From NCBI GenBank assembly GCA_905178155.1, contig CAJINV010000001.1, positions 15,066,142-15,130,141 of the forward strand: a stretch of DNA of 64,000 bases, in the 5' to 3' direction. Both the position numbers and the translations under genes were made by a program. Every line of letters begins with the position of its first letter. Within the stretch, counting starts at the first letter, position 1. Positions 59,056-64,000 of this stretch are shown piece by piece. The stretch comes from Amoebophrya sp. A120. Taxonomy: Eukaryota; Protista; Dinoflagellata. Below the pieces are notes generated by a model. That model did no database searches and was not told the DNA's origin. It saw nothing but the letters and a program-made list of their open reading frames with translations.

Positions 59056-61352
59056 ATGGGCGACAGCCTGTACAATACCCAACCCGGGGTGTTTGTCGTG
59101 CCTGATGACGCGGCGCCCCTGTTGGACAACGCCTTCGGTGGCAAAACACAAAAAGCAAGTGGCGCCACTGTCGTCTCGATTGTCGTGGCGGCGGTGGGCG
59201 TCGCGATCGGGATTACCGGGCTCACCACGGGAATTTTGGCACTGAACAAAGTGGCGCGGTTGAGCGATCAGTTGAACAACCAACTTCTAACCCAGCGCGA
59301 TGAGTTACAGGCAGTGATTGACGACAAGGAGATTTCCTTGAATACGGCAATCGCCGCCAAGGCGACGGAGCTGGACACGAAATGGACGGGCGAAGCCGCG
59401 GGCTTGAAGACCGCGCAGACCACGTTGAAAGCGGCGCACGAGACGTTAAAGACCGGCCACACTAACTTGCAGAAAAAGTTCGACGACCACCTTCGCGCCC
59501 TGCCGCAGACCCTGAGCGCCGAGGTCACCAGGCAGCTGCGCGACTCCACGACGATTCAAGAGAAGTTGAACCACTTGAAGCAGGAGGTCACCACGGGCGT
59601 GAACCAGGCAAAGGAGCAGCTGACATCGTTGTTGCAAACGATGAAAACGGAGCAGGAGCAAAACTTGAATTCCGCCAAACAGGAACAGCAGCAGAGCCTG
59701 GAAGCGGCCAAGCAACAGCTGACGCAGGCCACGGAGGAGGTGCAGACGGCCCAGACTCGCGCTCTGGAAACGGTCAAAACGGAGTTGACGCAGGCCTTGC
59801 AGACGGCCAGACAGGAAGTGGAAGCCAATATCGCGACGGCGAAGGCCCAGGCGGATGAGATGTTGCAGGGAGTAAAACGCGAGTTGGACGCGGAAGTGAC
59901 GCAAGCGACGGCGGCGACGCGCACGCAGCTGACGCGGGATCTGCATATCAAGTGCAGAAATGTCTGGGTCTGGAAGAATGCAACTTGTGATGCTGCGTTT
60001 GGATTCCAAAAATGTGTATTGCGTGAGCAGCAAAGGGAGTGTAATTTTTGCTACGCGGAGAGGGCACTTATCATGCGGAATAAGCATCAAGAAGCCCTCA
60101 AAAAATCTGTTACGCTAGGGCATGCATCACAGACATCGTGGCTCATGCAAAACGTCCATGACAGGTCTCAGAATCTTCCAGACCCAGACATATTTGCGTT
60201 TGATACTGCAAACCCTGCAGCAACGGCAGGTCAATATGAAGGAAGAGGTGACCGGCGTCTTCGATCGGGAAAAAGCTGCGGTGTTGCAGGCTTTTACGAC
60301 CCGCATCCACGAACTGAACGACGAGAAGTTGCGGAGTTTCGAATCCACTTTTGACCGGAAACAAACGCAACTGATGAACCAGTGCACGGCCAAAACCGCT
60401 GCAATCACTGCGGAGTTGCAGGTGAGTAGAAGAATGTAAAGCGAGAAAATTATGTTGAAGCAGAAAAATTATGCTAGACCTAGAGGCTCTTTGTTCCTGT
60501 TGAGAATTTGTAATCATGCAGAACAAGAGCTCGAAATTTTTCATGCCCCTAACGCTAGGCAGTGAAGAGATTTCCGCAAATCAACAGCGCGCCTCCAGCA
60601 GTTATGCGACTAATGTCAGCGGTATGCAATCGGAGCTGAACCGGTTCAAAGAAGAAACGCAGGAGCGGCTGCAGCGCGACTTCTCCACGTGGCAGGCGGC
60701 CTACGACCGGCGAGCCACCCAGGCCACGCAAGAGCTGGAGCAGGCGCAGGCACAGTGTACGCGGGTGGCTACCACTTTGGACTCCTCGCTGGCGAGCGCC
60801 GAGAGCAGGCTGAAAACGGCCACCGACAACGACCTGCGTACGTGGAAGCGTGGTCACGAGCGGGATCTGACCCAGTGGAAAGAGAGCAGCAGCAACGATT
60901 TAACTCGGTCGCAGGAGTCGTTTCAGCGGAGCATTGAGCAGTGGAAAACGAACACGCGGAATGATTTCGAGCAGTTGCAATCGCGCGTGAGTGCCTTGCC
61001 GAACACGCTTACGAGTCTCCAACAGAGGGTGACCGCGGGCATCAACTCCATCGACGCCCAGAAGCGGCAGATCGACGCCCTGCAGCGTACCGACATCGAC
61101 CTGCAGCGGAGTGTGCAGGAGCTGCAGCGGGGTGGAAGCAGCGCCTCGAGTCTGCGAAGCGACATTTCGACTTTGCGCTCGCAACACTCTACGCTCGAGG
61201 GGCGCTTGAGTGACTTGCAGCGCCAGATCAACAATGCCAGTCGAAGTGCGGGCGGTTCTTTTATGGCTGCCCCGACTCGGTCTTCCGGCTTTTCGGCGGC
61301 ACCGACGCTGTCCTCCGGGCGTAACGGCAGCCGCTGGGCAATCCCGACTTAA
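59056..61352 (+). CDS. Membrane-anchored long coiled-coil protein; exons 59056-59945, 60211-~60421, ~60559-61352
   Basis: N-terminal TM segment (VVSIVVAAVGVAIGITGLTTGILAL) followed by Q/E/T/A heptads. Phase of the last intron is not resolved. Confidence 0.75.
59946..60205. mobile_element. Introner family A, DR CTGCA/CTGCA
   Basis: TIRs and perfect DR. Removal gives TRDLQTLQQR. Confidence 0.92.
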
Positions 61353-61908
61353 GGCCGAAAGGAAGTGGAAAAAACCTGATGATGCCCTACGTCGTTGAGA
61401 TTTTGAATATTTGGCACCTCCGTGCGAGATCACGTCGCCACTTTGAGTGGTGTGGATACTTAAAGACGAAGCATGATATGTACTCGAGAATGCAACAGCT
61501 TCACCAAGTGATACAACATGTATCGGAAGACATCGAGTTTTTGATAATTTTGACTTGAATAAGACACTGCTCGGGGCAAAGAAGTGCCGCTGCTTTTCTG
61601 ATGTAAGACTCCACCACGCCAAAAGAACTACTACTCCTGCAAGGTAGCCCCATTTCTTGGACCCGAAGCTACCATTTTTGAACCTAAGGCGCCACGGAGC
61701 CACAACAAATTTGTAGATCACGGAACAAGCAGACGGACCAATCCGTGGGGGTGGCGTGTTTTGATGTCGACAGAAGCTTCATGGATATGCAAGAGCCCAT
61801 TACTTTTGCTCCTCTTGAAGTTTTCTCAAAAAGAACAACTCAATCGTTAGTAAAGTAACGTTCACATTATCAGCAAACACTGTACAAAACTGAACACCAG
61901 AAACAAAC

Positions 61909-63702
61909 ATGCTGTCACGCTCACTCTCACGCCGCTTCCGGTCTGTAGCTGCGTTGGCGGCGCTAGTACTGGTTTATTCCTTCCATGCAAACCTTCACAC
62001 GGCATCTGCGTCGTTAAGCGATCGGGATTGGTGGTCAGAATTTCTCGGAGCCGACTGCGACGAGGACGCGGAGCCCAGCTCCGAACACCTCCACTGTGCC
62101 CTCAACTTCAGCGGTCCCCTGGCGACGGTGTTGCAGAGTCCGCTGCCGAAGTTCGTCGCGAACAAGAGCACAGCAACAGCGGATAGTAAAAACGAAGACC
62201 AGCAAGATGAACATGTTGACAAGATCAGTGCCATTGTGAGTTGGCAGGAAGAAGCAAAGGCGCTATTCCCGCCGCTGTTGAACAAGAAAAACTTGATCGG
62301 CGACACACTCAAATGGCTCCTAGACAGAGAGATTGGTGCGCGAATCCTCCCGAAAGCGACAAAACCGTTGTCGGGCTCCGTGAGCGCCGCCGTGCGGCTG
62401 GTCGCCATTCTTCACAGCAACGTGCTAGATTCGCTAATCCACATGCTGCTGATCAGGCGAAAAAAGTTGAAGAGACCAGACGGGTCGTCGGGCATCACGC
62501 GCCAAGAAGCAGAGAAGGTCTGGGCCAAGTTGGAAAAGGAGGAAAAGAAAGCGGCTGGCTCGAATAAATCTGACGGAAGAAGCGATTCTGGCCACAACAC
62601 CCGAGGGCGGATGTTTGAGAGTGCGCTCGAGTTGGAGCTTTTCCAAGTGGGGTTGCAAAACGCAGGGTTTCTGAAGCGCAACAAGAAGTTTTTACTGGCC
62701 AAAAGAACCGAGTTCCCGTCCTTACTGCGAGACCCGCTCGTCGCGCAGCTGTTCCACAAAACCCGGCGCGTCACGCTGCTGGAAACAAGGTTGGATGAGC
62801 GGTTTGGTTACAAGCTGGACGCCTCGAAAAACTTTTGGATTCCGGGTCTCCCCAGCATCGCGGAACCCATCCTCCGAGGTCATCCATTACTTTTTGACCT
62901 CGAGAAGATCGGGAAGCTGCCTCTCAGCCTGCTGGAGACCAAGTTTGTGCCGCCGCCCGAAGACAAAGTCGCGTCGAGCTACGCCCCGGGAGTGTTGCCG
63001 GACGAGAAGATGGAGATCGATTCCCGGCTCGTGATGCACCCCGGCCGGCTGCACAGCGGCTGCAACGAGGAAGTGTTGCCGGTTTTTTGCGATATTTTAC
63101 AGGCATCAAATTTCCAGCAGGAGGCCGCGTCCTACGTGTTTGGCCCGACGGAACTCAGGCGTATCCGCCGGGGGTCCTGGACGCAGATCGGCGGGATGAA
63201 CTCCGCGTCCTGTGAGAGCAATGCGGGGATTTTGCTGCTTTACAACGGCGCAATTGGTGGAAAAAAAAACAAAAAGTCGGAGCTTTTCCTCGATGTCATC
63301 ACGCAGGAACCGGGTGGGGAGAAGCGATTACCCCCGGGCAAAGCGGCGGCAGTCGACGAGTGTCGGTATCCCGCTTCTGTTTCCATCGTGGACGAAAATC
63401 CAAGTGCGGCGAGGTCTACTTCTTCCAAACAGAAGAAAGACGCGATCCTTCTCGTCGTCCGCGTTTGGCACCCCCTGGTGCCTCCGTCGGAGAGAGCCCG
63501 ACTGGGAGAAATTTTACTCAAGGAACGCGTGGCCCCGGACTTGGTGCGGAAAATGGTCGAGAACATCGGGGAGACGAGGAGAAATTACTCCGTGTTGGCA
63601 CAGGATTGGCTCGCTGTAGAGCAAGAGAGCTTCGTGGAGCAAACCATGTTTTCCACAAGCGCGGAAGCGCCCAAATCAGATGTCGCAGATGATGAGCTTT
63701 GA
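61909..63702 (+). CDS. Aspartyl/asparaginyl beta-hydroxylase-like ER protein (divergent), 597 aa
   Basis: Signal peptide. FWIPGL..., GSWTQ, GKAAAVDE and LLVVRVWHP resemble the ASPH domain (GKVLIFDD...IVDVWHP). C-terminal DDEL. Confidence 0.55.
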   Translation: MLSRSLSRRFRSVAALAALVLVYSFHANLHTASASLSDRDWWSEFLGADCDEDAEPSSEHLHCALNFSGPLATVLQSPLPKFVANKSTATADSKNEDQQDEHVDKISAIVSWQEEAKALFPPLLNKKNLIGDTLKWLLDREIGARILPKATKPLSGSVSAAVRLVAILHSNVLDSLIHMLLIRRKKLKRPDGSSGITRQEAEKVWAKLEKEEKKAAGSNKSDGRSDSGHNTRGRMFESALELELFQVGLQNAGFLKRNKKFLLAKRTEFPSLLRDPLVAQLFHKTRRVTLLETRLDERFGYKLDASKNFWIPGLPSIAEPILRGHPLLFDLEKIGKLPLSLLETKFVPPPEDKVASSYAPGVLPDEKMEIDSRLVMHPGRLHSGCNEEVLPVFCDILQASNFQQEAASYVFGPTELRRIRRGSWTQIGGMNSASCESNAGILLLYNGAIGGKKNKKSELFLDVITQEPGGEKRLPPGKAAAVDECRYPASVSIVDENPSAARSTSSKQKKDAILLVVRVWHPLVPPSERARLGEILLKERVAPDLVRKMVENIGETRRNYSVLAQDWLAVEQESFVEQTMFSTSAEAPKSDVADDEL

Positions 63703-64000
63703 ACAGGAATAGGAAAGTAGGCATGTAGTTGGTACCGCTGAAAGATAGAAGATTGTGCTACGCATAATTAGGATTTAGCGCAATCGTCCGGGCCCGCCGT
63801 GGTTTCCCTCTGATTATATACGTTTTATCGGTGAGACTGGCGTCAGAAGATACATTGCCTCGGTATTCCTTTTCGTGACGACGTTTCGGTTGTAAATCGA
63901 TGTACCAAAGCTGCATAGCACTCTTCGGTCATACCAACGCAGCATCCGTCCTATCGATCGGTTCTGCCAGTTGCGCAACCTGTTAAGATTTCCGTAGAGT

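Noticed and set aside
4685-60205. Recurrent peptides in the ORF track ([28 protein letters not shown]) as a protein repeat family
   Set aside because: They are translations of introner TIRs read through from exons.
1-64000. Autonomous transposase, rRNA, tRNA or snRNA genes
   Set aside because: None recognised by eye. Covariance-model and HMM searches would be needed to exclude them.

Overview
Gene-dense eukaryotic genomic DNA with about 20 protein-coding genes. Content and intron style resemble the parasitic dinoflagellate Amoebophrya (Syndiniales); this assignment is inference. All supported genes from 1 to 38.7 kb are on the minus strand and all from 43.4 to 63.7 kb are on the plus strand. 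The two blocks diverge from a gene-free region with a GC-rich/AT-rich/GC-rich layout and an assembly gap. Recognisable genes: POLD2 (5' part), Tom22, a CEP164-like WW protein, mL46, a DUF1749-hydrolase/P-loop-kinase fusion, a kinase with two PH domains, DDX54/DBP10, a MAT1-like protein without RING, SMC2, a USP with a signal peptide, and an ASPH-like ER protein. The dominant feature is a set of about 21 MITE-like introner elements (105-415 bp) inside coding exons. Most have TAT...ATA ends, terminal inverted repeats (TIRs) and a 5-bp direct repeat (DR). Removing the element plus exactly one DR copy restores the reading frame in every case tested. Most lack GT-AG, and the same families occur in both orientations relative to transcription. 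No transposase is present in the window.
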